Shown: piece after piece, positions 1 to 20,782 of the stretch | Position numbering within the stretch: the stretch's first letter is position 1 | Layout: each line of letters begins with the position of its first letter | Assembly (NCBI RefSeq): GCF_009914755.1 | Contig: NC_060934.1 | Source: the human T2T-CHM13v2.0 reference genome, Homo sapiens | DNA length: 64,000 bases | Reading direction: 5' to 3' (one strand) | The notes under the pieces: generated by a model | Seen by the model: the letters and a program-made list of their open reading frames with translations, nothing else | What the model was told of the DNA's origin: nothing | Databases searched by the model: none | Position numbers and translations under genes: made by a program

Positions 1-240
1 AGAGTAATGGCTTCTCTCTGGAGTTGTGGCTGCAGACACCTGTACTCAAAAGAAGACAAGGCAGAGGGCAAAAGCCTTCCCAATGAAGGTGGCAGAGTGG
101 AAAGATGGAAAAAAGCCAAGACTTTGATAATGTGACTGAACCACTGTATCTTTGGACTCCTAATTACGTGAAATAATCCTTATGGCATAAGCCATTTTGA
201 AGGGCATTTTCTGTATTTTCAACCTAAAGCATTCTCTATC
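1..240 (+). mobile_element. Old MaLR LTR fragment (MLT1-type), 3' part
   Basis: Degenerate MLT1-like 3' end (aagccattttg...cattttctgtattttcaacctaaagcattct). Confidence 0.45.
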
Positions 241-383
241 GTAGACGCTTTTGGTGGAGGTGATAAAATCATAAATAACTAATGAACCCAAGGTAGAATG
301 TCCTCAGATGCAAAGAGGTACACGGTGCTGTCTGAGTCCAGACAAGGAGTTTCCTTCCAGCTGGAGAGCCAGAAGAAACTTCA

Positions 384-709
<326 letters not shown>

Positions 710-1023
710 AAGAATAGGTAAGTCTGGACCAGGGGAGATGTGAGAGGACATTCCAAGGGGAGAAGGCCGTGAAAGAGGTGAGAAGAGGTTGCTGGAGTGT
801 TCGATACGTGATGGGCAGTGAGAGAAAATTACGCTGGGGCCAGATTTCCAAGGCAAAAGCCAGGGAGTTGAAGCCATCTGCTAGGTAGTAGGGAGCTGCC
901 TGAGATTTTTGATTGACAGTTGTGATCAAAAGAGGGGGAATCCCAATGTTTGAGAGGAGGACTACTTTTCCTCAACCCAACAGACAGGAGGCTTATGGCT
1001 TCATCATTTTGCAGTAAAAAGTG

Positions 1024-1368
<345 letters not shown>

Positions 1369-1779
1369 TGATAATCTGAATGAAACAGATGCTTTCCTGG
1401 GAGAATAAATTCTAATTTTGGTTGGTACAAGAATTAGAAAATATAAATAGACCAATATCACAGAAGAAAAGTGTGTCACAGTGATGCAAAACACATGAGG
1501 CCTCGCTTGTCTTAACAGTAAATTCTAGAAAACCTTTATGGAAACAAACAGGCAAGAGCACATGATGAACTAGAATCTCATGTGAAGACAGATGCAAGGT
1601 TTGCCTTATGAATGAAAGGATTGTTTATAAAATCGGGTCATGTAATTTACTGCAATATGTTGGTATTCTCTCTGGGTAAGAGAGTGGGGATATGAGTGGA
1701 GAAAAGGGTTTTCACTATTATCATTTGGGTGATAGGATTACTCTGGGTGAAGGAATTACTGGTGCTTTTTTTTTTTCCA

Positions 1780-3105
<1,326 letters not shown>

Positions 3106-3282
3106 ACCCAGACTGTTTTTTACAGTATTTTTTGGTGGTATAAAAGCTCCAGAATGCTCAGGGAAGGTAAAGACCAAGAGGAATTGTGGACAAATTAAAT
3201 AGTTAACAACCAAAAGCCAACAATTTGCAGATTGAAGCTGAAAAATGGGTAGCATCGGATAATATACCCACATCTCTCAGGC

Positions 3283-3567
3283 CAGTGTTTCCCAGCCTGG
3301 GGTCCCAATTCTGAGGCACACAACAACCTTAGGTGGCACAGAGGAGAATCTTTTTATAAAATATTTTCTAATTATTCTAACACAATCAGAAAAATCAACT
3401 AACATGTCAAACTCATGATTATACAGCTCTAATTTCTTGCAAATGAGGCTTTTGTAAGTGGGTCAATTTAAGGAAAAAATATTATAAATAAAAATGTAAG
3501 CATTACACAGATATGACCAAAATATCATGAAGGTGGCATGCAAAGACCTGAAGTTTGAGAAACACTG
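3283..3567. mobile_element. hAT-Charlie-like MITE (family unresolved)
   Basis: Terminal inverted repeats CAGTGTTTC ... GAAACACTG about 285 bp apart with AT-rich interior; no clear TSD. Confidence 0.55.
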
Positions 3568-3603
3568 TCCCTGGGATAGTATTTTAATAAAGGATTCTTG
3601 AAT

Positions 3604-3774
3604 CCCCAGTAGCTGGGACTACAGGCATGCACCATCACACCCTGCTGATTTTTTTAATTTTTAGTAGAGATGGGGTTTTGCCATGTTGCCCTCAAACTCC
3701 TGACCTCAAGTGATCCACCTGCCTTGGCCTCCCAAAGTGCTGAGGTTCCAGGTGTGAGCCACTGTGCCCAGCCA
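3604..3774 (-). mobile_element. Alu fragment
   Basis: Antisense Alu left arm and part of right arm. Confidence 0.9.
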
Positions 3775-5930
3775 GCTCACCAAGTCTTTAAGGCCCAAGG
3801 GATGGACAGTTGCCTGGGTCTTTGTGCCCCCCACCACAGCCCTCACCCCACAGGGACCCTCACTCCCCTCCTCCTGCTGACACCAGTGGGGACCTGTCCT
3901 TCACGGGCTATTATGTTCCCATGAAAGCAAATTTAACTTCCTTTATGTTGGTTACATGGATTTTTTTTTTCCGGTCTGTTTCCAAAAGAAACAGTCCTGA
4001 GATGATTTTTCAAATGTAAAATCACATATTTATTGAGTGTCTACTACATTGCAAAGCAATGTGCTGGGCACTATGGGATGGTTTTTTTGTTTTGCTTTGT
4101 TTTTTAAGTATAAGGCAATTCCAACCCTCCAGAACATAGTTGAGTAGGCGAGATAAATCATGCCCACTTTCAAATTCAAAACAGTTGTCCTGAGATGAGA
4201 GACAGGATTGCCCTCGAAGCCTGTGCTGAGGACCAGCTGTGTGATGCGGGGTGAGTCGTCTCAGCCTCTTCACAGTTGCACTCTGGATGATGATAATGCC
4301 TCCCTCCTAAGCGGGTGTGAGGGCTAAATGAGACAAGATGGAGTGATGTGTGTAGCAGATGTTGGTGACCTGCTGAGAGCCCCTTGGCCGCGTCCAAGTT
4401 CACCTGCAGCTTCCACAGGTGGCAGCTCTTCCTCCTCTGAGCTTCCGTCTTTCTGCCTCTGGAAGGTGTTTTATGTTCCTGGCAGGGCTTGCTCAGACCA
4501 GGCCCACCCAGAGGAGGGAGGAGGTGAGGCCTCCAGGTGCATCCTCGGGCAGCAGAAGACAGAGTCCATGGGTGGCGCCCCGCCTCCAGTGCGCTGAGGG
4601 AGCAACGCTGAGGTGTTGCTTGTGTTTTCTCAGAAGATCCCCAGCAGGACCGAGCCTCATCGCCCACAGCCATGACCTGCTGGTGTATGCAGGCTTGATT
4701 GGCTTTCCTCCTTCCCTTCCTTCCCCCGTCCCACTTTCCAAATTAACCACCTTCCCACCAGTCCTCCATCCAATGTCTGCTGTTCAGGGAACCCAAACTA
4801 ATTGGAGACGCTGGTTCGCATTTGGCACTCAGTAGACATCCCCTCCCTCAGCAAAGAAGTGAAACAACTTTAGCTGCAGAAGATGCTCCCATGAAGTGAT
4901 GGGATTGGTTGCTAAATGAAGAGCACAGGCTGTAAGTATGGCAGAAATCAAGAGGGAAAAAATCCATTTTGGCTCATTAGCAAGCAAATGGCACCATCCA
5001 TAGAAAGCTTTGACTTTTCAAGCTGTTGGGGATCTCAGCTCTCAGTTAACTTACAAATTGAGACACTGCACAGTGGAAAACGACTAGAAAGACCTAGACT
5101 CAGCCAGTCCTGGTACCAAGCACAGGCTGCCCTGACCAAAGGCTGGAGTGGCCTCTGTTGACATCCCCCGACAACTACCTGTGTGAGCTGCCCCGTATGT
5201 GTTCTAGGATTTCTGGAATTGCATTTAGCAGCATTCAGGGAACAGGCAGAGCAGGTGCATTTTCCAAAAACTCCCCTCCAGAGGCGCCTGGAGAAGGGAT
5301 TTATGAGCCGCTGCATCTCCGGTTCCTTCTTTGGCATTTATTAGCTTTTTGATGAATGTTAGAGCAATTCTTCTGTCAACAGCTTCTCATTAGGGGCCTG
5401 GTGATGTTCTTTCTGACCATTATTTTACTCAATATCATGCCTGGTCACCATGAGGAGAAGAGGTTCCACTTAGAAACCATCCATCTTCACAACAGCAAAG
5501 GCCCAGATAATCCCACTCCAATACTCCTGCTCCGACAGCTGCCCCGGGGCACACACTGAGCGTTCAGACAGATGCGGGGCCCTAATGAAGGGCTTGTCGG
5601 CAGGCAGCGTGCCCCGCCATTCCTTTAAATACCTATTTCAAGTTTGATTCTGTTTCTTTTTAAAACAAGTTATAGGGAACTTGTTGGTGAAGTAATCACT
5701 AGGACTTTTTAGAGATGACAGATGCTTAAGACAAATGACAAGCCTGCCTTGGAAGAGTCTGGAGCTAGCAGGTGCTGGAAGGAGGTGTCCAGTGCCTTAA
5801 CGGGCTGTTTACTTCCGCTCTCAGATGCACCGTCTTAAAACAGCTATGGTACAGAAAGCGTATAGAGGGGGTTCCTGAAGTCTCTGCCATTCTTTAGCAT
5901 CAATGTCAACTCTTCAATATCATCAATTCT

Positions 5931-6889
<959 letters not shown>

Positions 6890-7913
6890 TAGAATGGCAC
6901 ATTTTCAAAGACGTTTTTTATTGTAAACAATTTTAAATGTATGGGAAATTCAAAAGCGTAATAAATCACTACTTACACATTACCCAGCTTGAACAATTAT
7001 CAATTTATGGCCAATCTTGGTTCATCTGCCCCACCCATCTGCACCTCCTCACTCTAGACTATTTTGAGGTGAATCCCAGACCACATTTTAATGTTATTTT
7101 TATAAGAGATTACTAACTCTTGACCACTCTTCAAGTATAGCTTAACGATAAGTCTCTACCAGAAACAGTTCCTGAAAGGGCTGCCTGTTGAGGCCTTGAG
7201 ACGTTCAAATTATGTCATTGTTTGGAGAGTAATTTTGGCTAAGGACCTGGAGGACTCCTTCGGCCAGGGACCTAGATAAGTTATGTTTTATAGGTCAGCA
7301 AGTGAAAGATGTGGGACCCTAAAAATGTAGGTCAAACAGTTTTCAGCAAACACAGTTTATTTTCCACTCAAGCACCTTTTAAGTAATAATCCTATTATCT
7401 GCCCTGGTTTCTCAGCCCTACGAGGATGAGGTCTATGAACAGACCCAGTCTAATCATGGCTTCTCTCCCAAGTGATGTTGTCTCCTTTTATACCTAAGAA
7501 GATTCACATCAATAACATCCAATTAGAACTTTGCCTGTGCCACTCAGAGCCCTGAGAGGTAGGCTTCCTTTTTATCTACCAGATCTGATAACCAGAGTTC
7601 TTGCTGGGGGAATACCAATGCTAGGGGCCATTTTGAAACTTTGTGGGAGCATTATTTATGGTGAAAAAGAATTGGAAACACTGCAGGCATTTAGCAGTCA
7701 AGGGCCAGGAATGTCAGATGTCTCATAAACCATGAGACAGTTCTGCAAACGCAAGTATCTCACATTCCACAGGACTGCGTACTCAGGTAGGTGAAAACCT
7801 GCTTATAATGATGTAAGCCTAGACAGTCACTCCATTTTGCAAATAAACACAATGCGTATTTGCACAGTTGTGCTGTACACAGACTGTTTCAGGAATTTAA
7901 CTCTGTAAGTTGA

Positions 7914-8343
<430 letters not shown>

Positions 8344-8746
8344 TGATTCTTGTAATACTTATTGCCTAGGCTTTTTGTTTAGCAACCAATGCTATTGCTT
8401 CATTGAAACATGCATTTCCTACTAAAGTGTGTTTCACCTAAAACATCCGACCCATCTGTGTTTGTAGTTATGGATTCACGGGGATACTCCACGTAGGTAC
8501 AGCATCTGACTACATCATTTCTCCTCTAGTCACGTGCAATCAGTTATATATTGAAACACGCATCACTGTACATTATATTATACATTATACAGTATTATAT
8601 GATCCTTTCCTTTATTTCTCAAGGACTCAGAGGGTCCCAGTCAACGAAGAATTGCCAGACATTTGAGGAAAGTCTCTAACATGGAAGGTAGGTATCAAAA
8701 CAAAGTGATCTGGAAGAAACAGAAACTACACAAGGAGAAAAGAACC

Positions 8747-9200
<454 letters not shown>

Positions 9201-9559
9201 TCAAAGATATAAGAAATGGCATTCATGAAACATGAACAGGTTGACATACACATATGTGTGACCACGAGTATACATATGTATGTATATATAATCGTATATG
9301 TTATGTATAATACATTTCATATATTATCTGTTATACACGATATATGTATAAAAACATACAAACAAAAAAAAGAACGTTTAGGGCATAAACTCCATAAAGG
9401 AATTTGTATTAAAATTGAGGAAAATCTCCTAGAAAATAAAGCAGAAACAGACACCATGGAAGAGAAGTATTCTAAAGAACCAGATCAAGAGAACCAACAA
9501 CTAAATAACAGGAATTCCCAGATGAAGTAACAGAGAAAAGGGAAGGGAAGAAAGCATTA

Positions 9560-9952
<393 letters not shown>

Positions 9953-10199
9953 TCATTGTGAAATTTCAGGACACTGTCCAGCAGGCAGTTGGGTGGCTTA
10001 AGAAGTTGCCATCACTGTACCCTCTGTCACCATCCCCTCTTTTGAACCAGATGAAACTGCCTGAAAACAGCTCCGCCAGAACAAATGCACAAGCCACCAG
10101 GAAGAGAACCCGCATCCATCACAGACAACCTCTCTTCCCAGGCCACCTTCTACTCTCCCCACCACTCTGTCCAGGCACAACCTCACAGTGCCAAGTGCA

Positions 10200-10538
10200 G
10201 GCATCTGTGAAACCCCACACGTAAATGCTCATCACAGAAGTGCAAGGGATGTACAGCCCCTCGAGGCCAGCCTTGGCCATCAGGGAACAGGAGCAGGTGG
10301 ATACAAGCTCCTCACATGGTCTCTCAGGCATGGAATTCAGGGGACCCTTCTACTAAGCTCCTTGGAAAGACCCATCAGGATGGAGCCCCAGCTGCCCACA
10401 GCCGTGACCAACTCAATAGCCCACCCTTGGGTTACATTTCCCTTCTCCTGTCTCCTGGGATCACCTTCTAGAATCAACTACGAGCATGCAGGCCTGGGTC
10501 TCAGGCTCTGCTTTCTAGGGGAAACCCAGACTAAGATA
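10200..10538 (+). mobile_element. ERVL LTR16-like remnant
   Basis: 3' terminus ctcaggctctgctttctaggggaaacccagactaaga resembles LTR16-group ends; 5' boundary uncertain. Confidence 0.55.
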
Positions 10539-10539
10539 C

Positions 10540-10896
10540 CATATTAGTCTGTTATCACGCTGCTAATAAAGACGTACCTGAGACTGAGTAATGTATAAAG
10601 AAAAGAGGTTTAATGAACTCACAGTTCCACATGGCCGGGGAGGCCTCACAATCATGGCAGAAGGCAAAGGAGAAGCAAAGGCATGTCTTACATGGTGGCA
10701 GGCAAGAGAGCTTGTGCAAGGGAACTCCCATTTATAAAACCATCAGATCTCATGAGACTTATTTACTACCACGAGAACAGTATGCTGGAAACAGCCCCCA
10801 TGATTCAATTATCTCCACCTGTCACCACCCTTGACACATGAGGATTATTTACAATTCAAGGTGAGACTTGGATGGGGACACAGCCAAACCATATCA
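10540..10896 (-). mobile_element. THE1 (THE1B-like) solo LTR, MaLR
   Basis: 357 bp; tattagtc...gctaataaagac...ggggacacagccaaaccatatca; 5-bp TSD GATAC (10535-10539 / 10897-10901). Confidence 0.93.
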
Positions 10897-11323
10897 GATA
10901 CCAACCCAGGAGAGGGGCAAGGGTGGCCCTGGGGCAGGAGGCTTGGAGAGTGACCAGCCCTGGTAGGAGGAGGAGGGAGGCCAGGAGATGTCTACAGGAA
11001 ATAGACACTCGCAGATTTGACATCGGAAATAACTTGAGCTTGTGGAGGTTTCTCCTGAGAGGCAGGGGGAAGGGGACTGGAATAGCATAGGACCTATTTA
11101 GGCTGAACCAAAGGTCATCCTGCCGACAAGGCGACCCAGGGATATGCTCCTGGTGTGAAGGCACAGCTCTGTAGGAGAGAGATTTGGTAACATAAATCAA
11201 TAGACTTAAAAGTGGCTATCCTCCATACTCTTAGGAAAGAATCTGAAATTGAGAGAGAACTTCACAAAAAAACTGTGAATCAGGTAATATTTATAATATC
11301 ATTAAAAAAAAAAAAAAAAGCAG

Positions 11324-12387
<1,064 letters not shown>

Positions 12388-12799
12388 TGGGATTATGGGG
12401 GCAGAGAAATCCCGCAATCTGCCGTCCGCAAACTAGAGACCCAGAAAAGCCAGTGGTGTCATTTATAGGCCTGAGAGCCTACGGTGTAGACTCCAGTCCA
12501 GGTCTGAGGGTCTGGGAACCAGAAGCACTGAGGCAGGAGAAGATCCATGTCCCAGCTTCAGCAGCCAGGCAGAGAGCAAGTTCCTCCTTCCTCTGCCTTT
12601 TTGTTCCTTTCAGGCCCTCAGTGGATAGCATGACACCCAGCCGCACCAGGGAGGGCCATCTGCTTTAGGAGCCCACCTATTCAAATGCCAAGCGCTTCCA
12701 GAAACACCCTCCCAGACACACCTAGAAATCGTGTCTAACCAGCAACAAGCTGGGCATCCTGTGGCCCAGGCAAGTTGTCACATAAAATGAACTGTCACA
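12388..12799 (-). mobile_element. MLT2-type ERVL solo LTR
   Basis: gagaaatcccgcaatctgccgtc...ccagaaacaccctcccagacacacctagaaat...caagttgtcacataaaatgaactgtcaca matches MLT2 architecture. Confidence 0.85.
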
Positions 12800-13139
12800 G
12801 TGTCTATGCTGGTAGAGGCACAGCCCAGCCCTGGAAAGAGACACAGAAGATAGTGGTGCTCACCTCTGGGGAGCAAAACCCCTGAGTTCTGGAGCTGAAA
12901 TGGCCATTGGAATGCCTCCATATTGGGCCGGAATGATCAGGCCTCCATCTCCAGCCTCCGTCAGTCATGGCACAGCTGGCACCCTGGAATGGAGACAATC
13001 CCTGAGGGGTGGCAGCGGAGGCAGCAGCTGGGCTCACAAGTCCTCCCCTGGAAAAGGCATCAGTGCACCCCTCAGAGTAACAAAAGAATGCCCATGATAA
13101 CATGGAGAGATGTTTAGAGAGAAAAAAACGGAACACGTA

Positions 13140-14137
<998 letters not shown>

Positions 14138-14441
14138 CATAATTCCTAAGTAATCAAAAATCTAAAAAGCACCCCCTAGGATCTGCTTCTGTTGTTTCTC
14201 TCATTAAGCTTTGCTCTTGTTTCATGACTTCTGTGCTTACAGAGAAGGAACAGGAATAACTAATCATTATCAAATAACCTCTGAATGTATAGGGTACCAC
14301 AACAGAAGGAAATTGGTCACATAAGCCAATACACTCCCCGCCCTTGTAATCAATCACATGTTCAAAGGAAAAAGTCAGTGGTCCCAGACATTCTGTTAAG
14401 TTAGAACGACCTGAAACAATTATTTCTCAACACTTAATGCA

Positions 14442-14471
14442 GCAGTTATAAAATTCTCCAGCAGAGGGCAA
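14442..14471 (+). promoter_or_regulatory. Candidate CTCF site (core plus upstream motif)
   Basis: CCAGCAGAGGGCAA at 14458-14471 fits CCASYAGRKGGCR; GCAGT 11 bp upstream. Confidence 0.55.
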
Positions 14472-14739
14472 TGGGTATTTATCTCTAGATAAAAAAGTTA
14501 GCTGTGTAACCTGCTGCTGGTTCCTTTGACTGGAAAATGATACTGGCTTTTCAGCCCTGAAACTAAAAGTAGCTCGTTTAGCAACTTACATAGCAAAGTT
14601 AGCTAGATGTCAGTTCAGCTGAGGCAGTGGAGAGAAAGAAGTTCCTATGTAACTGTTTGCATTTTATTTTTTGAAATAGACCCGGCTGACCTCATAGCCT
14701 GCTATGAAATCGCTGATGGTTCTGTCCTGGACTCCAGGG

Positions 14740-14933
14740 TAGGGTTTCTCAACCTTGGCCCCGTGGACCTTTTAGGCCAGATGGTTTTTTGTTGTGGGGG
14801 CTGTCCCAGGCCTGGTAGGATGCTGAGCAGCGCCCCTGACCTCTCCCCTCACCAGCCGAGACAGCCACAACTGTCACCGGACATTGACGAAAGTCCCGTA
14901 GAGAGAAAGGCTCCCCCGCAGGTGAGACCACTG
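14740..14933. mobile_element. MER20 (hAT-Charlie)
   Basis: tttctcaaccttggc...ttgttgtgggggctgtcc...taggatg...ggtgagaccactg follows MER20 consensus. Confidence 0.85.
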
Positions 14934-16216
14934 TCCTAGACGATTATCCCGGCAGGTGAGTTTACTGTTACACATTGCATAGGCCGTGCAGGTGATGCCG
15001 GAGTCCCGCTTTATTCCCGCCTTGGGCTGTTTTTGGGAGTTCTCAAGCCCTGAGTTAAGAGCTGCTTACAAAACTCAGAGGCAATCAATCACATATGTTC
15101 TAGACCCAAGGCCACCTCAGGGCAGAATCAGCACCTGGAAGCTTCCCTGACGAGACTCGACTCTCAGGAAGCTCAAGGTAGCAATGAGTGTATGACTCAG
15201 GGTGTCCTGGAACAGGAGAGCCCTCTTAGTAAGATTCTCCCTCGGACATTTCTGTTCTCAACGTCCCCAATTCCGCCCAGCCTCTGGCAGGGCGGGGCGG
15301 AGGAATTCTAGCACCTTCCTTCAGATCCAGCCCACCCTGCCCCGCCCACAAGGCACCTTCATGTTCCTCCGGCACATCCCATCTTCAGAAGCTTAGTAAA
15401 GTCTCCCCCCATTCAAAGAAGTTTCTGGCTAACAAGGAGGCTTTCTCTCGAGTTCGTTTTGCTGCATTTCTGTCGTTTTTATAGCTAAGGATACTAAGTG
15501 GTTGTCCGCACATCTCACAGGCAACGCATGATGCCGGATCCTGCTATGATTTCAGGCAGGACTCAGGCCCCAGAAGCAGGGAGCGGACCTCTGCCTGGGC
15601 CGACCTCCCCTCAGGCCCTGAGGCGCAGTGCCCAGGGCTCCTGAAACTTTCATGGGCTCGTGAAGACGTTTTCATGTTTCTTTCTTTTCCAATCAGAAGA
15701 ATGCCGTCGTCAAAAGATCATTTTTAATTTTTTTAACGGAGGAAGGAGCCCTTGAAGGCAAGGGTTCCCAGAGCCCACTGAAGTCACCCTTCAGCCCTCA
15801 TCTTTGTGCTGCACCGCCTTTTGGGTGAGGCTTCATACAGGCCCGGTCTTGGTTGGTTAAATATAGAGTTAACCTCAACACCAGGGGAAAACCGGCAGAG
15901 TACAGGTCTTCTCTGTTACAGGGTCCATTGCATCATTTCCATATATTCGTTTATTCACTCATCAAACATTCAAATGGCCAGGTATAAATGAAAAAAAAAA
16001 AAAAGAAAAAATTTAAATATATTGCTAAACTTTAGGTTTAAATAATGCATTAATTCCAAATTATGAAAAACGGAGAATTGTTTTTAATTCTATGTTAAAT
16101 CCTTAAGCCACCACAGCTACTTTTCCAACACCGGATTTGGAGGGGAGGGAAGAAATCAAGCTCCTTTCTTTCCTCATTTTACTGCAGCCTCTCTGTGACA
16201 ACTAAGGTGAGGTGAC

Positions 16217-16585
16217 ATCTTAGTCAGCTTGGGCTGTCAAAACAAAATACCATAGACTGGGTGACTAGAACAACAGACATTTATTTTCTCACAGTTCTAG
16301 AGGCTGGAAGTCCAAGATCAAGGTGTCAACATGGTTGGCTTCTGGTGAGGACTCTCACGTAGGCTTGCAGACGGCCACCTTCTCCTTGTGTCCTCACATG
16401 GTAGAGAGTTCATTGATGCTCTTCCTCTTCTTATAGGGATACCAGTTTTATGGGATCAACGTTCCACTCTTTTGACCTCATTTAACCGTAACCATCTCCT
16501 GAAAGGCCCCCTTTCCAACACAGCCACATGAGGGGTCACGGCTTCAACTTATGAATTTGGGGCAGGACACAATTCAGTCTATAGA
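16217..16585 (-). mobile_element. MLT1A-type MaLR solo LTR
   Basis: tcttagtc...aacaaaataccatagactgggtg...ctcacagttctagaggctggaagtccaagatcaaggtg...ggacacaattcagtc. Confidence 0.9.
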
Positions 16586-16938
16586 AGGTGAGTTGGCCAA
16601 ACAATGTCGTATTTTTAGCCTTTAATTGCAAGCCTGGTCTAAAAAAACAATCAAGGAGGAAGGGTGGAGTCCTTTGAGTCTTCTTTCCTAAACTTCACCT
16701 CCTCACTGATCTTTTGCTCCAGTGACTGCAGAATATAATGACGTGATAGCCTGATGGCCATTGCTCCTCTAATCGCTGGAACTGGTGAGTAACAGTGGTT
16801 ATTTGTTTGAGGTTGGGTGGATATTTGGAGTTTGGTTCAGTTTCTTGGTTTGAGTTTGATGCGTTTGGTTTTTTTCTTCTTCTTTCTTACCCTGAGAATA
16901 GGAAGAGGAATTATTCCTGCCTGGAAAAGATGGCAGGG

Positions 16939-17283
<345 letters not shown>

Positions 17284-17628
17284 TGACTCTTCCATTCAGT
17301 AGCTTAACATCCCTCAGTCACGTGTGTTACTGCTAAGCTGTATCTCTCCACAGTTGACTCTGACTTTGAATAGTCCATTGAGTGAAGATATGAATAATAA
17401 GGTTTCTTAAAAATGTATTTGGTAGGGCACAAAATTATAGTGCTAATTACGTTATGTTTGGTGGGATCTTGAATTTCTATTCCCTGAGCACATCTTCCCT
17501 CTTGCCTGAAAACCCTCTGCCTTCTGATGTTCGCGTTCATGATTTCTTGACATTCAGAGCTCAGATATTTAATCTGGGACAGCCCTTGCCTAGTGGCCCA
17601 GTGTAAAATCATTTGGTCACCCCATCAC

Positions 17629-18057
<429 letters not shown>

Positions 18058-18252
18058 TCAGGTGGAATAGAAGGTGTAGGAGATGGTGGGATCCTGGGTG
18101 TGACTGGAAAGTGGTGTGGACATGAAGGTCATTGGGGATAAGGAGTTCAGGGTTATGAACTGGACTGTCTTTACAGATGGGCTCCTAGGACTATGGCAGG
18201 AGCAGAAGTGGAAAGAATGAATGGGGTCCCCATGAAAGAGGACAGCTGATAG

Positions 18253-18596
<344 letters not shown>

Positions 18597-20002
18597 TCAT
18601 GCAGTTAGAAGGCAGAGGAGGAAGACAGAGACCTCCTGCATCTCATCATATGCCGAAGCTACATGTTACAAAGAAAGATGTTCAATTATTTTTTAATAGA
18701 AGGAATGACAAAGCAAGACTCCAGGATGGCGCCACTGCTCTCCAGCCTGGGTGAGAGTGAGACTCCATCTCAAAACAATAAAAAATAACAAAAAATAAAA
18801 GGAATGCTTTGGAAGTGATCATGAAGAAGACGGGAGAACCCCAGTTCCCTTTTCCTGGACTCCAAGGTGGGGAAGAAAACACCTTCTCCTTGCTGAAGGG
18901 CTGCACAGGGAGCCCATCCTCAGGGAAGAAGGGAGTTTCTATCCTACCAGGAAGGTGGATCAAGCCCAGAATTAGCATGGGAACTGCCAGAAGGTAAACT
19001 GAGGCCCATGAAAATATTAAACAGATTATTTGAGCAAACAGTGATTCATGAATCGGGCAGCCCCAGATGGCAAGTGGTTTGAGGTCTGAGGAAGGAGCGC
19101 GCAGGGCAGGCTCCCAGAGGTGAACGCAGAAGCAGAGTACATTGATCAATCACAGCAGAGCAGAGCCTTATACAAGCGTCCCAGCGCCCGGTCCCTAGTT
19201 ACGGGGCAGCAGGCAGCTTCTGATGGGCCTAAAGTATAGCCCCGAAAGCTGAGTTGGGTTTGGGTTTGCTGACATAGGAACCCAGGGCCCTGCTGCAGCC
19301 TCAGTCTCAGCCCCCCGATTAGTTATTCCAACAGAATGTAAGAAAGACTGCAGAGAAAGAGGCTGGGTGCATGGACAGCACTGGGAGGCAGCAAGGCTGG
19401 GGCAGTGTGACGTTTGCCCTGCCCAGGTGCACCTGGCTCTGAGAGACAGAGACAGAGGGATACAGAGACACAGAGACAGGTCCCACCTGCCACTCCAGCC
19501 GAGCTCGCACCCTGGCACAGAGCTGCACCTGCTCAGAGGAGGGAATGCCGTGAGCCCAGGGCCTTTGCCCAGAGAGTCAGCTCTGCAACACCAGCCGCTC
19601 CCCTCCATGTAGCCCAGCAACATGGAGCCCCCCCCCCCAGACCCGGGGGCCGACAGCGAGAGGAATCGGAGAAGGCGCAGAGCAAACAGAGCTTCCAGGC
19701 TGGAGAGGGTGAGCAATGGGGACACGGGGTGTAAGCGTGGAGAGACCAAGGCTTAGTACCAGGACGTAAGCCACTTGCGGCAAACTCAGAATGTGTCCCA
19801 TGCAGCCTGGTGCACCCGTGGCCAAGTCCTGGCAGCCCTGCATAGGGTGGGCTGCGGGAAGGAGCCATGGGAAGGAGAGGCTCTGGAATAGTCGAAGGAC
19901 AAGCGAAGAAATCCGACTGTTCTCTCAACCTCACCTATGTTGGCATCGGGGAAATATGTGAACCTGTGACTCCTCAAGCAATTTTTATTTTTATTCATTC
20001 AT

Positions 20003-20299
20003 TTGTTTTGGAGATAGTCTGGCTCTGTTGCCCAGGCTGGAGTACAGTGGCATGATCACAGCTCCCTGCAGCCTCAACCTCCAAGACCCAAATGATCCCC
20101 CCACCTCAGTCTCCTGAGTAGCTAGGACTACAAACACATGCCACCACACCTGGCTAATTTTTTTTTTTTTTTGACTTTTTGTAGAGACAGGATTTTACTA
20201 TATTGCCCACGGTGGTCTCAAACTTTTGAATGTAAGCAACCCTCCCACCTCCGCCTCCCAAAGTGTTGGGATTACAGGCATTAGCCATCATGCCCAGCC
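20003..20299 (-). mobile_element. AluJ
   Basis: Diverged antisense dimer; TCCTCAAG on both flanks. Confidence 0.92.
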
Positions 20300-20721
20300 C
20301 TCCTCAAGGAATTGGATATGGGCAGAGAAAACAGAGGGCTTGTTAATTTCAGAAATAAATGATTTAATTGGATTACAATATGTTGCGAGCTAACGCCACA
20401 TAACACTACACATTAACAATAATTACTTTTGTTGTGATGAGAGAATGATTATGTATTCACCTCATAAAACTTTGTGGAGGGAAGGCGTTGCAGAAAATAA
20501 AAAGAAGCATTAAGTCCCTGGAATACTCCTGTCTTCACTTTGGCAGCTCAAATACAAGCCTCAGTGCCTGTCAAAATTTCTCTCTGGAACCATTCATATT
20601 AGAACCACCTGGAATGTCTCAGGCCCGCTTTGCTGCAGTAGAATCTCTGGGTTTGGAGAAATACAGGAATTTGCATTTTTAACAAGGCCCTCCTTGATGC
20701 TTAGTATATCAACACTAAGGA

Positions 20722-20722
20722 G

Positions 20723-20771
<49 letters not shown>

Positions 20772-20782
20772 GCATATACATA
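20722..20782. repeat. Compound A(n)/(TA)n/(CA)n microsatellite
   Basis: Directly visible. Confidence 0.92.
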
